This document shows, piece after piece, positions 25,400-34,454 of a DNA stretch of 64,000 nucleotides. Under the pieces are notes generated by a model. It saw nothing but the letters and a program-made list of their open reading frames with translations, was not told the origin of the DNA and did no database searches. Source of the stretch: an uncultured bacterium. Its GTDB lineage: Bacteria; Armatimonadota; Hebobacteria; CAYNSX01. Every line of letters begins with the position of its first letter. The first letter of the stretch is position 1. The position numbers and the translations under genes were made by a program. Location: contig CAYNSX010000004.1 in the NCBI GenBank assembly GCA_964400165.1, positions 5,380 through 69,379 on the forward strand, in the 5' to 3' direction.

Positions 25400-25877
25400 G
25401 CGGCAGCCACTGCGCGCTGTCTACATGGCAGGGCGGCAGCGTGTAGACCACCGCCCAGCCCTCTTCGAGCAGGCGCGTGTTCAGCATCATGCCGTCGGGC
25501 AGATAGATGAGCGCCCGAGTGCGGCCGTAGCGGTCGGTCGGGCGTACCGGGCAGACCTCGACCCGCACCGCTTGCCCATCGCACAGCGCCCGCGTGCGCT
25601 CGGTCGCTTGGACGAAGCCGGGTCGCCCCCGCTCCGGCGTGTCGATGCCGATCAGCCGGATGCGCCCGTAGCCCGAGACATCGATGGTGTCGCCGTCCAC
25701 GAAGTGGGTGACGACGCCCGCGCCTTGCCGTGCGGGATGCGCGGACTGCGACTGCTGCCACAGTCGAAACGCCCCCGCGGCGAGCAGGATTGCCCAAACA
25801 ATCAGAAACGCCCACTTCGAGGCCCGTTTCGCGCGTTTTCGAGGCATTTTTCGCAGAATACCACGCTTTTTCCACAC
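25332..25877 (-). CDS. thermonuclease (SNase-like) family secreted nuclease
   Basis: ..VTHFVDGDTIDVSGYGRIRLIGIDTPERGRPG....DRYGRTRALIYLPDGMMLNTRLLEEGWA.. with an N-terminal membrane anchor. Confidence 0.7.
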   Translation of the reverse strand: MWKKRGILRKMPRKRAKRASKWAFLIVWAILLAAGAFRLWQQSQSAHPARQGAGVVTHFVDGDTIDVSGYGRIRLIGIDTPERGRPGFVQATERTRALCDGQAVRVEVCPVRPTDRYGRTRALIYLPDGMMLNTRLLEEGWAVVYTLPPCHVDSAQWLPLERAARDAKRGLWDNADANGRP

Positions 25878-25983
25878 CTATTGGGGAGGAAACAGCCTCC
25901 GCCGGGCCGAATCTAGAGAGTGGCTGGGCCCGCGGCGGCGTGGTGGCCGGGCGGGCCACTTTCTCGTCTGGGAGGGCGACGCT

Positions 25984-26823
25984 GTGCGGCAGCGACACGC
26001 CTACCGTTGGTGGCACGCGTGCCTGTGGCTGGCCGTGTGCCTGATTGTCGGCCCAATGGATGCCTCGGCGGCCGATTCGGCGCTCGCGCCTGCGGGCGGG
26101 CGCATCGCCCCCGCCATCCCGCTGACCCTGGTCGCCGACGGCGACCGGCGGGAGATCCTGGCGCCGCCGACGACAGTCGGCGACGCCCTGGCCTTCGCCG
26201 GCGTCTCGCTCGGCGAGAACGACCGGGTGGCGCCATCCCCGCGGCAGCGGGTGTCGCCGAACCTGACGATCACCGTCACCCGCGTCAAGATTGTCGAGCA
26301 AACGGAGCCCATCGACCTGCCGCCGCCGATCCTGTTCCTCGAAGATGCCGCTCTGCGCAGCGGCCAGCGGGCCGTCCGGCAGACCGGCCAGGCCGGCAAA
26401 GCCGAGCGCACCCGCGTCACCTACTTGCGCGACGGCGTCGTGACACTGGAAAAGACCACCGCACCGCGGACCATCGAGCAGCCCGTCCCCGAAATCGTCG
26501 CCGTCTGGCCGGGCGCCGTCCCGGCCGGCGGGCTGGCGGCCCGCACGATGGTGGCGACGGCGTATGAGCCCGGGCCGCGCAGTTGTGGCCGCTCCGCCGA
26601 CGGCATTACCGCCACCGGCGTCCCGGCACGCCGCGGCGTCATCGCGGTGGACCCGCGGGTCATCCCGCTCGGTTCAAAAGTGTATGTCGAGGGCTACGGC
26701 TTTGCGCTGGCGGCGGATGTCGGTGGCGCCATCAAGGGCAACAAGATCGACCTGTGCTACGCGACGGTCAGTGAGTGTCTGCAGTTCGGCCGCCGCAAAG
26801 TGCTGGTGTGGCTGCTGGACTAG
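25984..26823 (+). CDS. 3D-domain protein (YuiC/YabE/MltA-like) with DUF348/G5-like N-terminal region
   Basis: C-terminus ..GITATGVPARRGVIAVDPRVIPLGSKVYVEGYGFALAADVGGAIKGNKIDLCYATVSEC.. is the 3D domain. The start is placed at an in-frame GTG and is uncertain. Confidence 0.55.
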   Translation: MRQRHAYRWWHACLWLAVCLIVGPMDASAADSALAPAGGRIAPAIPLTLVADGDRREILAPPTTVGDALAFAGVSLGENDRVAPSPRQRVSPNLTITVTRVKIVEQTEPIDLPPPILFLEDAALRSGQRAVRQTGQAGKAERTRVTYLRDGVVTLEKTTAPRTIEQPVPEIVAVWPGAVPAGGLAARTMVATAYEPGPRSCGRSADGITATGVPARRGVIAVDPRVIPLGSKVYVEGYGFALAADVGGAIKGNKIDLCYATVSECLQFGRRKVLVWLLD

Positions 26824-26865
26824 ACGGGTGTCGGGTGTCGGGTGTCGGGTGTGGGGTGTCGGGAA
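26824..26865. repeat. (GGGTGTC)x5 heptamer tandem repeat followed by CTAACTA-type repeats
   Basis: ACGGGTGTCGGGTGTCGGGTGTCGGGTGTGGGGTGTCGGG contains six GGG runs with 4-nt spacers, so it has G-quadruplex potential. It lies in the intergenic region between convergent genes. Confidence 0.6.
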
Positions 26866-26938
26866 ACGAAGAGTGCGGGTGACGGGCCGGACAGACCGCA
26901 GTTCCTACTAACTACTAACAACTAACGCTTTCTCTGCC

Positions 26939-29068
26939 TTACCAGCGATAGTTCGCTGTCAGCGAGTAGCGCGTTTTCGGCTGGCTGAAGAGGACATCGC
27001 TGCCTTCGGTGGTGCGCACGACGCCCGACAGGTCGAGGTACCAGTCCTTGGCGTCGATCTGGCTGGTCAGCCCGAAGCGGAGCAGGTAGTCGAAGCCGTC
27101 GCGGCGGTCGCCCGTCCCCATCAAGCCGAACTCGGCGCCGAGGTAGCCGCGGGCGTGTTTGCCGAACGGCCCGTCGACGCGCAGTTCGCCGGTCAGGATG
27201 TTGCGCTGCGACGGCAGTTCGATGCGCTCCGAGAAGCCGGTCGTCAGGTCATACCGCCCGAGCGGGAGCGTCAGGCGGATGGTGTGCGCTTCGTAGGGCT
27301 GGATGCGGCGGTTGTCGTCGAGCGGGTTGATGACATGCTCGACGGACAGCGTGCTGCGCTTGCCGAGCGCCCACTCGATGCGCTGGCGTTCGCCGGCGCC
27401 CTGTTGCAGGCGGCGCTCCTTGTCGAGCGGGTTGTCGAACTGCTCGAGGGTGAGCCGCATCTGCTTCGTCGCCTGCCAGGTGAGCAGCGTGTAGGCGCCG
27501 TCACCGAGTTGCGGGCGCTCCTTCTTGTCGAGCGGGTTTTGGAATTGTGCGTACTTCACTTGCAGCCCCTTGGCGGGCTTCCACTCGGCGAGCACTTCCT
27601 GCACGCCGATCGTGTCAAGCGCTTGCGCGCCCGCCGCGGTCGTCTGGGTCAGGCCGTCGCCGGTGCGCTGTTGAATGCGGGTCGTGAGGCTGAATCCGGG
27701 GATCGGCTGCATCGTCATCGAGAGGCCGACGATTTGCTGCTCGACGCCGTCCTTCTCGCCCGCCATCCAAGTGGCGGTCAGCGTGCCGAGTTTGCCCGCC
27801 TTCCAGCCGAGATCGAGTTGTGTGCGGCTGCGGTTGTCATTGCCGGCGAGCACGAGCGAGGTGCCGGTCAGCGACAGTGCTTTGCTCACGGGCAGCGTCA
27901 GGTTGATTGCGGTCGTGCTTTGGCCGGCGTCTTCGCCCTGGCGGATGCCGTCGCGCACCGCCTGGATTTGAATCTTGCCAAGGTTCGTCTGCAACTGCAT
28001 ATGGTCGCGCACCTGGTCGCGCGTCTGCCCGTCGGGCGTCGTCACCTGCGTCGTCTCTTGCAGCGCTTGCACGATGACGCCGGCAATCTGGTAATCGAGT
28101 TGCATCAGGTCGGTCACGGTGTCGGTGCTGCGGTCGTTCTGGGTGTCGGTGAGACTGGTGCGGCGCATCGTCATCTTGGGCAGGCCGGCGAGCCCGAGGC
28201 CGAAGTCGTAGGTCATCGTGCGCTTCGACTGGCCGGCGCTCGGCTTCGACCAATCGGTGAACGCCGCCTTCAGCGACAGCGGCCCGACCAGGTTGGGCGC
28301 CATCTCGAAGCCGAGGCGGCTCTCGCCGGGCTTGATGTCGAAGCCCGACTGCTCGGCGCCGGCGAACCCGAGGCCGAGCGACACATAGGTCGCCTTCATC
28401 GAGGCGAATCCGAGACTGCCGCTGGCGTTGAGTTTCATCGCGCTGGCGTCGGTGTGCTGCTGCCCCGACGACTGCATCGCCAAGCGCTGCAGGTCGCTTT
28501 GGAACGGCGCCCGCGGGTCGGTCGCCTGGCTGAACATCACCGCGGCGTCGAACCCGAACGCGCCGGTCGTGTGGGCGAGTTTCAATCCGGTTTGCAAGAA
28601 ACTGGCGTTGGGGTTGTTCGGGTCGGTGGTCATGCGCAGCAGCGCCGACAGATCACCGGCGAAGAATGTCCCGATGGCCGCTTCGCTGGCGACATTCGAC
28701 GCGCGGATGTTCGGCTGCGAGCGCAGCGGCAAGCGGAAGTACTCCACCGTCACTTGCGTCCCCGTGGGCAGCGGCTCCGTGAAAGTTACCGCGCCCTCGC
28801 CGGGGTTGATCTGATACTGCTCGCGCGCCATCCGCTGATTGCCCAGCCGCACCACGAACCCGACCGGCGAGATGTCCTTGAAGCGCAGGTAGTAGGGACC
28901 GGGCACGCCGCGGCCCGCGACCAGGTCGCGGGTCATCAAACTGGTGGCGTCACTGGCGGTCTGGCCGGCGGGCAGACCGGGCGCCACAAACGGCGACGGG
29001 TCCGCGACTGCCGCCGAGGCAAGCGCGACCGCCAGGAGCGCTGCGCCGAGATACCGAATTCCCCGCAT
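26939..29068 (-). CDS. large secreted/outer-membrane beta-barrel-like protein with internal NPLD-K/RERR repeats
   Basis: Signal peptide MRGIRYLGAALLAVALASAAVA; repeats FQNPLDKKERPQ / FDNPLDKERRLQ / INPLDDNRRIQ; alternating beta pattern; C-terminal ..TANYRW. Confidence 0.45.
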   Translation of the reverse strand: MRGIRYLGAALLAVALASAAVADPSPFVAPGLPAGQTASDATSLMTRDLVAGRGVPGPYYLRFKDISPVGFVVRLGNQRMAREQYQINPGEGAVTFTEPLPTGTQVTVEYFRLPLRSQPNIRASNVASEAAIGTFFAGDLSALLRMTTDPNNPNASFLQTGLKLAHTTGAFGFDAAVMFSQATDPRAPFQSDLQRLAMQSSGQQHTDASAMKLNASGSLGFASMKATYVSLGLGFAGAEQSGFDIKPGESRLGFEMAPNLVGPLSLKAAFTDWSKPSAGQSKRTMTYDFGLGLAGLPKMTMRRTSLTDTQNDRSTDTVTDLMQLDYQIAGVIVQALQETTQVTTPDGQTRDQVRDHMQLQTNLGKIQIQAVRDGIRQGEDAGQSTTAINLTLPVSKALSLTGTSLVLAGNDNRSRTQLDLGWKAGKLGTLTATWMAGEKDGVEQQIVGLSMTMQPIPGFSLTTRIQQRTGDGLTQTTAAGAQALDTIGVQEVLAEWKPAKGLQVKYAQFQNPLDKKERPQLGDGAYTLLTWQATKQMRLTLEQFDNPLDKERRLQQGAGERQRIEWALGKRSTLSVEHVINPLDDNRRIQPYEAHTIRLTLPLGRYDLTTGFSERIELPSQRNILTGELRVDGPFGKHARGYLGAEFGLMGTGDRRDGFDYLLRFGLTSQIDAKDWYLDLSGVVRTTEGSDVLFSQPKTRYSLTANYRW

Positions 29069-29352
29069 TCTCCTGCTTTCGCGGGCCATCCTACGCTGCC
29101 CGCCAGGGAGGGTCAATCAGCCCGCCCGCCCTCGATGTTCCACAGCCCGACAGGCCTTGGACGGCGGCGGGAGGCGTAAAGTTCGGCGACACGGAGGAGC
29201 GCATCGTCAGCAAAGCCAGCGCGGAATTACCGCATCCGTAAGAACCCAATGGTACCGTTTGCCGCAATCCCCGTCACCGCAAATTGGGTTCGTTTCGCAA
29301 TTTTGGTTTTCCCTGGCATGCCTGGGGATGAACAGAGGGCAGGGAGAAACGG

Positions 29353-30411
29353 TTAACCGGGCGCGCGGGCCGGGCGGGCCTCCGCAATCTGCCGGCCATC
29401 CGTGCGCTTCAGCGCGACGGGCTGGCCGGTCGCTTCGGCGAGCAACTGCAGCGGCACGGTGATGCCGTAGTCATAGTGCCGCGCCGGCGAGGGGAGCTTC
29501 ACCTGCCGCCCAGCGACGCTCGCCGTTCGCGTCCCGAACGCCACCGTCACCGCGCGCCCGCCGACGGTGAACTGCACTTCCTTCGCGCTCGCCTTCACGA
29601 CCTTGCCGCCGAGCAGCGCCAGCGCCTGGTCGAGCGCGACTTCGCTCTGCCCTGCGTTGACGCGATGCGCAATCGGCCGCTGTTTTGTTCCCGACACCAG
29701 ATTGCCCGGATCGATGCGCTTGCCCCACAACAAATACCCCTCGATGCGCATATCGAGCGTGTAAATCATCTGCTCTACGAGCGACCGCTCTTCCGGGCGA
29801 AGCGGTACCGTCACGGCGTCGAAGTCCCATCGCTTTCCGCTCAAAGTCCAAACACTCACGAAGATCGGACCTCGGGTGAAATAGACGCGGTAGTAGAAAT
29901 CCTCTCGGTCATTCACTTCACCAACCGACCAGTCGCCCAGGTGTCCTGCAGGGCCTGGCGAGGGCAAGGTGCGAATGTCGAACGAAACACTCGCGACAAA
30001 GAGGCCAGCCGTCTTAGATGCTTCTAACCCCTTCGGCTCTGTCGTCCATTCCATTCCGAAACCAATCTTGCGAGTGCCCAGCGGCGCGGTGGGATCAGAA
30101 TCTTCTCTGAAGAACGACTGCCCGGCGGCCGCTATGATCGGCAGTCCCACATCGTCAGTGTGCATCCTTCTCCAGTCCTCGTATTCTGCAAATGACGGAC
30201 GCGGCGGCGGGATGTGATGCCACCGGGGCAAACCGGATTCCAGTTTCCAGCCCACTGGACCTTCCGAGTCCGCGAAACGAATAGCGTCAAACCATACAGT
30301 CGGTACGGCGCGCACTTCTTGCGACCAGCTCGGCGCCAGGCACACTGGCAAGAAAAGAGTAACCGCGGTAAGCGCCATCCAACGGCGGGCGAACCAGCGA
30401 GTGCTGTTCAT
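29353..30411 (-). CDS. secreted hypothetical protein with C-terminal copper-amine-oxidase-N-terminal-like (stalk) domain
   Basis: Signal peptide. The C-terminal ..KEVQFTVGGRAVTVAFGTRTASVAGRQVKLPSPARHYDYGITVPLQLLAEATG.. resembles the Cu_amine_oxidN1 domain. GC is lower than in the flanks. Confidence 0.4.
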   Translation of the reverse strand: MNSTRWFARRWMALTAVTLFLPVCLAPSWSQEVRAVPTVWFDAIRFADSEGPVGWKLESGLPRWHHIPPPRPSFAEYEDWRRMHTDDVGLPIIAAAGQSFFREDSDPTAPLGTRKIGFGMEWTTEPKGLEASKTAGLFVASVSFDIRTLPSPGPAGHLGDWSVGEVNDREDFYYRVYFTRGPIFVSVWTLSGKRWDFDAVTVPLRPEERSLVEQMIYTLDMRIEGYLLWGKRIDPGNLVSGTKQRPIAHRVNAGQSEVALDQALALLGGKVVKASAKEVQFTVGGRAVTVAFGTRTASVAGRQVKLPSPARHYDYGITVPLQLLAEATGQPVALKRTDGRQIAEARPARAPG

Positions 30412-30413
30412 CT

Positions 30414-31718
30414 TCAGTCCACCACCTTTGGGACATAGCCCCGGAGCACCTCGAGATCGCTCGCAGGATAGCCCTGCACCAGCGCTGCTCGATACAGATT
30501 CCAGGCGACCTTCAATACATTAGAACCAGGAGGACAGTTCACCCTCGAACAGGCATCCCACGCGTATTCTGCCGTGCTTCCTCCGGGGGATGCCATGATG
30601 GCATGATAGTTCCAACTCCAGGTCTGACAGCCATACCTGAGCCCAGTCACATCGATGGGCCATGTACAGAACTGCTTGAAGGGTTGCGACGGGTCACAGT
30701 CAGGTGAAACCGCCGTTGGAACGATCGTTTTCGAATCTCTCGAGGTGACGCCGACTGCCCGACACAAGAGCACTAACAGGTCGTTAACATCATTGCACTG
30801 TCCGTTTACGCGGACGTTCATGTGCGCGCTCTCCGCGACATACAGTTGTGCGTTGAACTCTGGCGGATCTGCCCAATAGTTCGAGTAGAAGTATGCATCG
30901 CCGTCGGCTCGCTGTTGCGGGAAGGGAGGCAAGGGATAATTGAATAGAAACATTTCCACCCATAAGGTCAAACCAGCCGCCACCGAGTCGTTTGTGTTAG
31001 ACATTATCGCGTGCCGACAGGCGTAGTCGAGGAGCGTTTGCCACGGCAGCGCACCCCAGGCCTCGCCGCTCTCAATCCATTGCGGCGCCTCAAGCAAGCG
31101 ATAGATCCGCACGGGGGCTATACCGACTGCCACATCATTGTTCCCAAACTCCCAGTGACTCTCCGTGTCAGTCTTCGTCATGACCATATTCAATTCATAC
31201 CCGATGTCATCCGGCAGCGGTCCCACCTCGAACTCAATGAGATGAATCGTTGGATTCGCGCCCCCGAACTTCAACAGCCATGACGCTTCTTCGGGATCCT
31301 CGCCGCTCCCAACATACACTGGTATGACGCGGTCGAATTCATCGCTGGCCTCTATGGTGAGAATGGTTTTCGTGATGATGGTGCACGAATACAGCACCAT
31401 CGTCACATGCAGCGTGCTTCCCATCAGAACTGCTGTCGGATCCCGGTGCGGATTCGGTCCGCCCCCGACGCTGCATCCATACGGCGCTCCGTCCCACATC
31501 CACCCCGCCGGGTCGGTGGCATGCGGTATCGCAACTTCGTTCAGCCAGATCGCGTATTCTGGCGCGCCGCTGACCTTCAGACTTCGGACGAACAGTTCAC
31601 CATCTTCGCCCTGTTGCTGCGCGTCCACAGGCGCGGACTGCAGCGAAAGCAGCCCACCGAGAATCAGGAGAGCCAGGAGGCCTGGCCTGGCCTTGCCTTG
31701 CCTTGCCTTGCCGCTCAC
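30414..31718 (-). CDS. secreted transglutaminase-like (papain-fold Cys/His/Asp) domain protein
   Basis: GTG start preceded by GGAGGG; signal peptide VSGKARQGKARPGLLALLILGGLLSLQSAPVDA. Core ..GQCNDVNDLLVLLCRAVGVTSRD....WNYHAIM....AWDAC.. resembles the transglutaminase-like C/H/D triad. Lies in the low-GC region. Confidence 0.4.
   Translation of the reverse strand: MSGKARQGKARPGLLALLILGGLLSLQSAPVDAQQQGEDGELFVRSLKVSGAPEYAIWLNEVAIPHATDPAGWMWDGAPYGCSVGGGPNPHRDPTAVLMGSTLHVTMVLYSCTIITKTILTIEASDEFDRVIPVYVGSGEDPEEASWLLKFGGANPTIHLIEFEVGPLPDDIGYELNMVMTKTDTESHWEFGNNDVAVGIAPVRIYRLLEAPQWIESGEAWGALPWQTLLDYACRHAIMSNTNDSVAAGLTLWVEMFLFNYPLPPFPQQRADGDAYFYSNYWADPPEFNAQLYVAESAHMNVRVNGQCNDVNDLLVLLCRAVGVTSRDSKTIVPTAVSPDCDPSQPFKQFCTWPIDVTGLRYGCQTWSWNYHAIMASPGGSTAEYAWDACSRVNCPPGSNVLKVAWNLYRAALVQGYPASDLEVLRGYVPKVVD
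31691..31710. repeat. (CCTTG)4 = (GGCAA)4 pentanucleotide tract inside the first codons of the transglutaminase-like gene
   Basis: On the coding strand GTG AGC GGCAAGGCAAGGCAAGGCAAGG CC encodes the n-region SGKARQGKAR of the signal peptide. Gain or loss of one unit shifts the frame. Confidence 0.6.
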
Positions 31719-31854
31719 CCTTCTTCCCTCCGAATTGATTCTACCCCCGCGATGCAAGAGTTGTGCACTGCTGACAACCGCCTGCTTGCCTGCCACGCCT
31801 TCCGCCGATGCAGTCCTTTCGCCCTGGCGATAAGATGCCATCACACAGGACTCT

Positions 31855-33291
31855 ATGACCACGGACGCCCTCATCGCGGAACTGCGCCGCCTGCTCGGAC
31901 CCGAGGCCGTCTTCTCGCGGCCGGAGGAACTGGCCGTCTACGAATGCGACGCCTACACCGTCCCGAAGATGCGGCCCGAGGCGGTCGTCCTGCCGCGCAA
32001 CACCGACGAAGTGGCGGCGGTGGTGCGGCTGTGCGCCCGGGCGCGGGTGCCTTTCGTCCCGCGCGGCGCGGGCACGGGGTTGAGCGGCGGCACGCTCCCC
32101 ACCCGCGGCGGCGTGATGATCGGCTTGAGCCGGATGAACCGCATCGTCGCGGTGGACATCGCCAACCGCCGGGCGGTGGTCGAGGCGGGATTGGTGAACC
32201 TGCGCCTGACCGAGGCGGTCAGCAGCCGCGGGCTGTGCTTCGCGCCCGACCCGAGCAGCCAGATGGTCTCGACCATCGGCGGCAATGTCGCCGAGAACGC
32301 CGGCGGCCCGCACACACTGAAGTACGGCGTCACCACCAATCATGTGCTCGGCGTGGAACTGGTGCTGCCCGACGGCGAGGTGGTCTGGTGCGGCGCCGCG
32401 GTCGAAGACCTGCCCGGCCTCGACCTGACGGGCGTCGTCGTCGGCTCCGAGGGCACCTTCGGCATCGTGACGAAGGCGATCGTGCGGCTGGTGCCGCTGC
32501 CGCAGGGCTGGCGGACACTGCTGGCCATTTTCCCGAGCATCGACACGGCGAGCCGGGCGGTGTCGGGCATTCTCGGCGCCGGCGTGACGCCGGCGGCGCT
32601 GGAGATGATCGACCAGACGATGCTGCGCGCCATCGAGGAGGCGTTCCACTACGGCTTCCCGACCGACGCCGGCGCGGTGCTGCTGGTGGAACTCGACGGC
32701 ATCGAAGCGGGCCTCGACGCGCAGGCGGACCGCGTCGAGAAGGTGTGCGCGGAGTCGGGGGCGGTCGAAGTGCGCCGGGCGCACGACGCCGACGAGCGCG
32801 CCCATTTCTGGAAGGCGCGCAAGATGGCGGTGGGCACGGTCGGGCGCCTGGCGCCGAGCGTGGCGACGCAAGACGGCGTCATTCCGCGCACCAAACTCCC
32901 CGAGGCGCTGAAGCGCATCGACGAGATCGCGGCGCGGCACCGGGTGCGCATTTGCCATGTCTTCCACGCCGGCGACGGCAACCTGCATCCCGTCACGCTC
33001 TTTGACGAGCGCGACGCCGACGAGGCGCAGCGGGTCCTCGCCGCCGGCATGGACATCCTGCGGGTGTGCATCGACCTGGGCGGCAGTCTCACCGGCGAAC
33101 ACGGCATCGGCACCGAGAAACTCGACGCGATGGCGCTGATGTTCACCGACGACGACCTGGCGGTCTTCCGCCGGGTGCGCGAGGCGTTCAATCCCGACGG
33201 GCTGTGCAATCCCGGCAAAGTGGTGCCGACGGGCGCCGAATGCCGCGAATTGCGAGTCAAGCAGGCCGCGGCGCCGGGCGCATGGGTTTGA
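31855..33291 (+). CDS. glcD: glycolate oxidase subunit GlcD (FAD-linked oxidase)
   Basis: ..VVLPRNTDEVAAVVRLCARARVPFVPRGAGTGLSGG.. (FAD PCMH) and a C-terminal FAD-oxidase domain. Confidence 0.85.
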   Translation: MTTDALIAELRRLLGPEAVFSRPEELAVYECDAYTVPKMRPEAVVLPRNTDEVAAVVRLCARARVPFVPRGAGTGLSGGTLPTRGGVMIGLSRMNRIVAVDIANRRAVVEAGLVNLRLTEAVSSRGLCFAPDPSSQMVSTIGGNVAENAGGPHTLKYGVTTNHVLGVELVLPDGEVVWCGAAVEDLPGLDLTGVVVGSEGTFGIVTKAIVRLVPLPQGWRTLLAIFPSIDTASRAVSGILGAGVTPAALEMIDQTMLRAIEEAFHYGFPTDAGAVLLVELDGIEAGLDAQADRVEKVCAESGAVEVRRAHDADERAHFWKARKMAVGTVGRLAPSVATQDGVIPRTKLPEALKRIDEIAARHRVRICHVFHAGDGNLHPVTLFDERDADEAQRVLAAGMDILRVCIDLGGSLTGEHGIGTEKLDAMALMFTDDDLAVFRRVREAFNPDGLCNPGKVVPTGAECRELRVKQAAAPGAWV

Positions 33292-34454
33292 GCGCGGCGG
33301 GGCTGGGCCACAGCCTCCGCGTCCGCAGCGCGGGAGAAGTGGCGGCGGCGCTGCGCGCGGCGACCGCGGACAACGGCACTGTGTTTCCCGTCGGCGGCGG
33401 CACCCACCAGTTTCTCTCCGACCTGCCGGCGGACGGCGCGACTTTCCTGCACCTCGCCGACCTCGACGACCTGGTGGACTATCAACCGGCCGACTTGACG
33501 GTGACCGTCGGGCCGGGAATGTCGCTCGCCCGCCTGCAGCACACGCTCGCCGAGAAGAAACAATGGGTCGCGCTCGAAGCAGCCGACGCGGAGCGGGCGA
33601 CCATCGGCGGCATTCTGGCGACCGGCTGGGCGGGGCCGCTGCGTCTCGGCCACGGCCGCCCGCGCGACCAAGTGCTCGGGATGCGGTTCGTGACCGGCGA
33701 CGGCGTGCTGGCTAAAGCGGGCGGGCGGGTGGTGAAGAATGTGGCGGGCTACGATGTCTGCCGGCTGCTGTGCAGCAGCCACGGAACGCTGGCGGTCATC
33801 ACGGAGGTGACGCTGCGCGTCCGGCCGCTGCCGGAACGCGAGGAGACTGTGGTGGCGCGGTTCGACGGCGCCGAGGATGCGGTGCATGCCGCCGAGGCGG
33901 TGTGGCGGACGCGCTGGGCGCCGACAATGCTGACGCTGCAGATCGAGCAGCAGTCGGCACGGCTGTTCATCGGGTCGGACGGCGACCCCGACTCCGTCGC
34001 CGCGCAGAGCGCGGCGCTCGCCGAGTTGCTGCGCATCCGCGGCGCGCAGCCGCAAGTGCTGCGCGAGGACCGGTGGAACGAGGCGCCGCCGCGGCAGGCG
34101 CTGCGCGCCGCCGCGGTGCCCGAGTCGGGGCACGGGCTGCGGGTGTCGCTGCTGCCGAGCGACCTGGGCGCGCTGCTGACGACGGTGGGAAGCGAGTCGC
34201 AGTCGGCGGTGGCGCACTACGCGTCGGGGATCGCGCACCTGCGCTTCGCGCCGGGGGCGGTGGCGGCGATGCGGGCAGTGCGGAAGTTCGCGCTGAAGCA
34301 CGGCGGCGCGGCGGTGCTGGAAGGGCCGGGCGTGGACGGCTTCTCGCGTTGGGGCCCGCGGCGGCCCGATTTCCCGCTGATGCAGCGCTTGAAGACCGCT
34401 TTCGACCCAAAGAGTGTCCTGCCGCCGCTGCCATTCGGCGAGGCGCCCCAATGA
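33282..34454 (+). CDS. glcE: glycolate oxidase FAD-binding subunit GlcE
   Basis: ..VFPVGGGTHQF..TIGGILATGWAGPLRLGHGRPRDQVLGMRFVTGDGVLAKAGGRVVKNVAGYD.. The ATG overlaps the glcD stop (ATGGGTTTGA). The upstream part of track ORF 33066.. is an artefact. Confidence 0.75.
   Translation: MGLSAAGLGHSLRVRSAGEVAAALRAATADNGTVFPVGGGTHQFLSDLPADGATFLHLADLDDLVDYQPADLTVTVGPGMSLARLQHTLAEKKQWVALEAADAERATIGGILATGWAGPLRLGHGRPRDQVLGMRFVTGDGVLAKAGGRVVKNVAGYDVCRLLCSSHGTLAVITEVTLRVRPLPEREETVVARFDGAEDAVHAAEAVWRTRWAPTMLTLQIEQQSARLFIGSDGDPDSVAAQSAALAELLRIRGAQPQVLREDRWNEAPPRQALRAAAVPESGHGLRVSLLPSDLGALLTTVGSESQSAVAHYASGIAHLRFAPGAVAAMRAVRKFALKHGGAAVLEGPGVDGFSRWGPRRPDFPLMQRLKTAFDPKSVLPPLPFGEAPQ

Noticed and set aside
33770-34450. 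Upstream 227 codons of track ORF 33770..35671, and similar long GTG/TTG-initiated extensions (25684, 59322, 62139, 16946..17599)
   Set aside because: These are open-frame read-through into neighbouring genes in high-GC DNA. The true starts are internal ATG or GTG codons with RBS and/or stop-start overlap.
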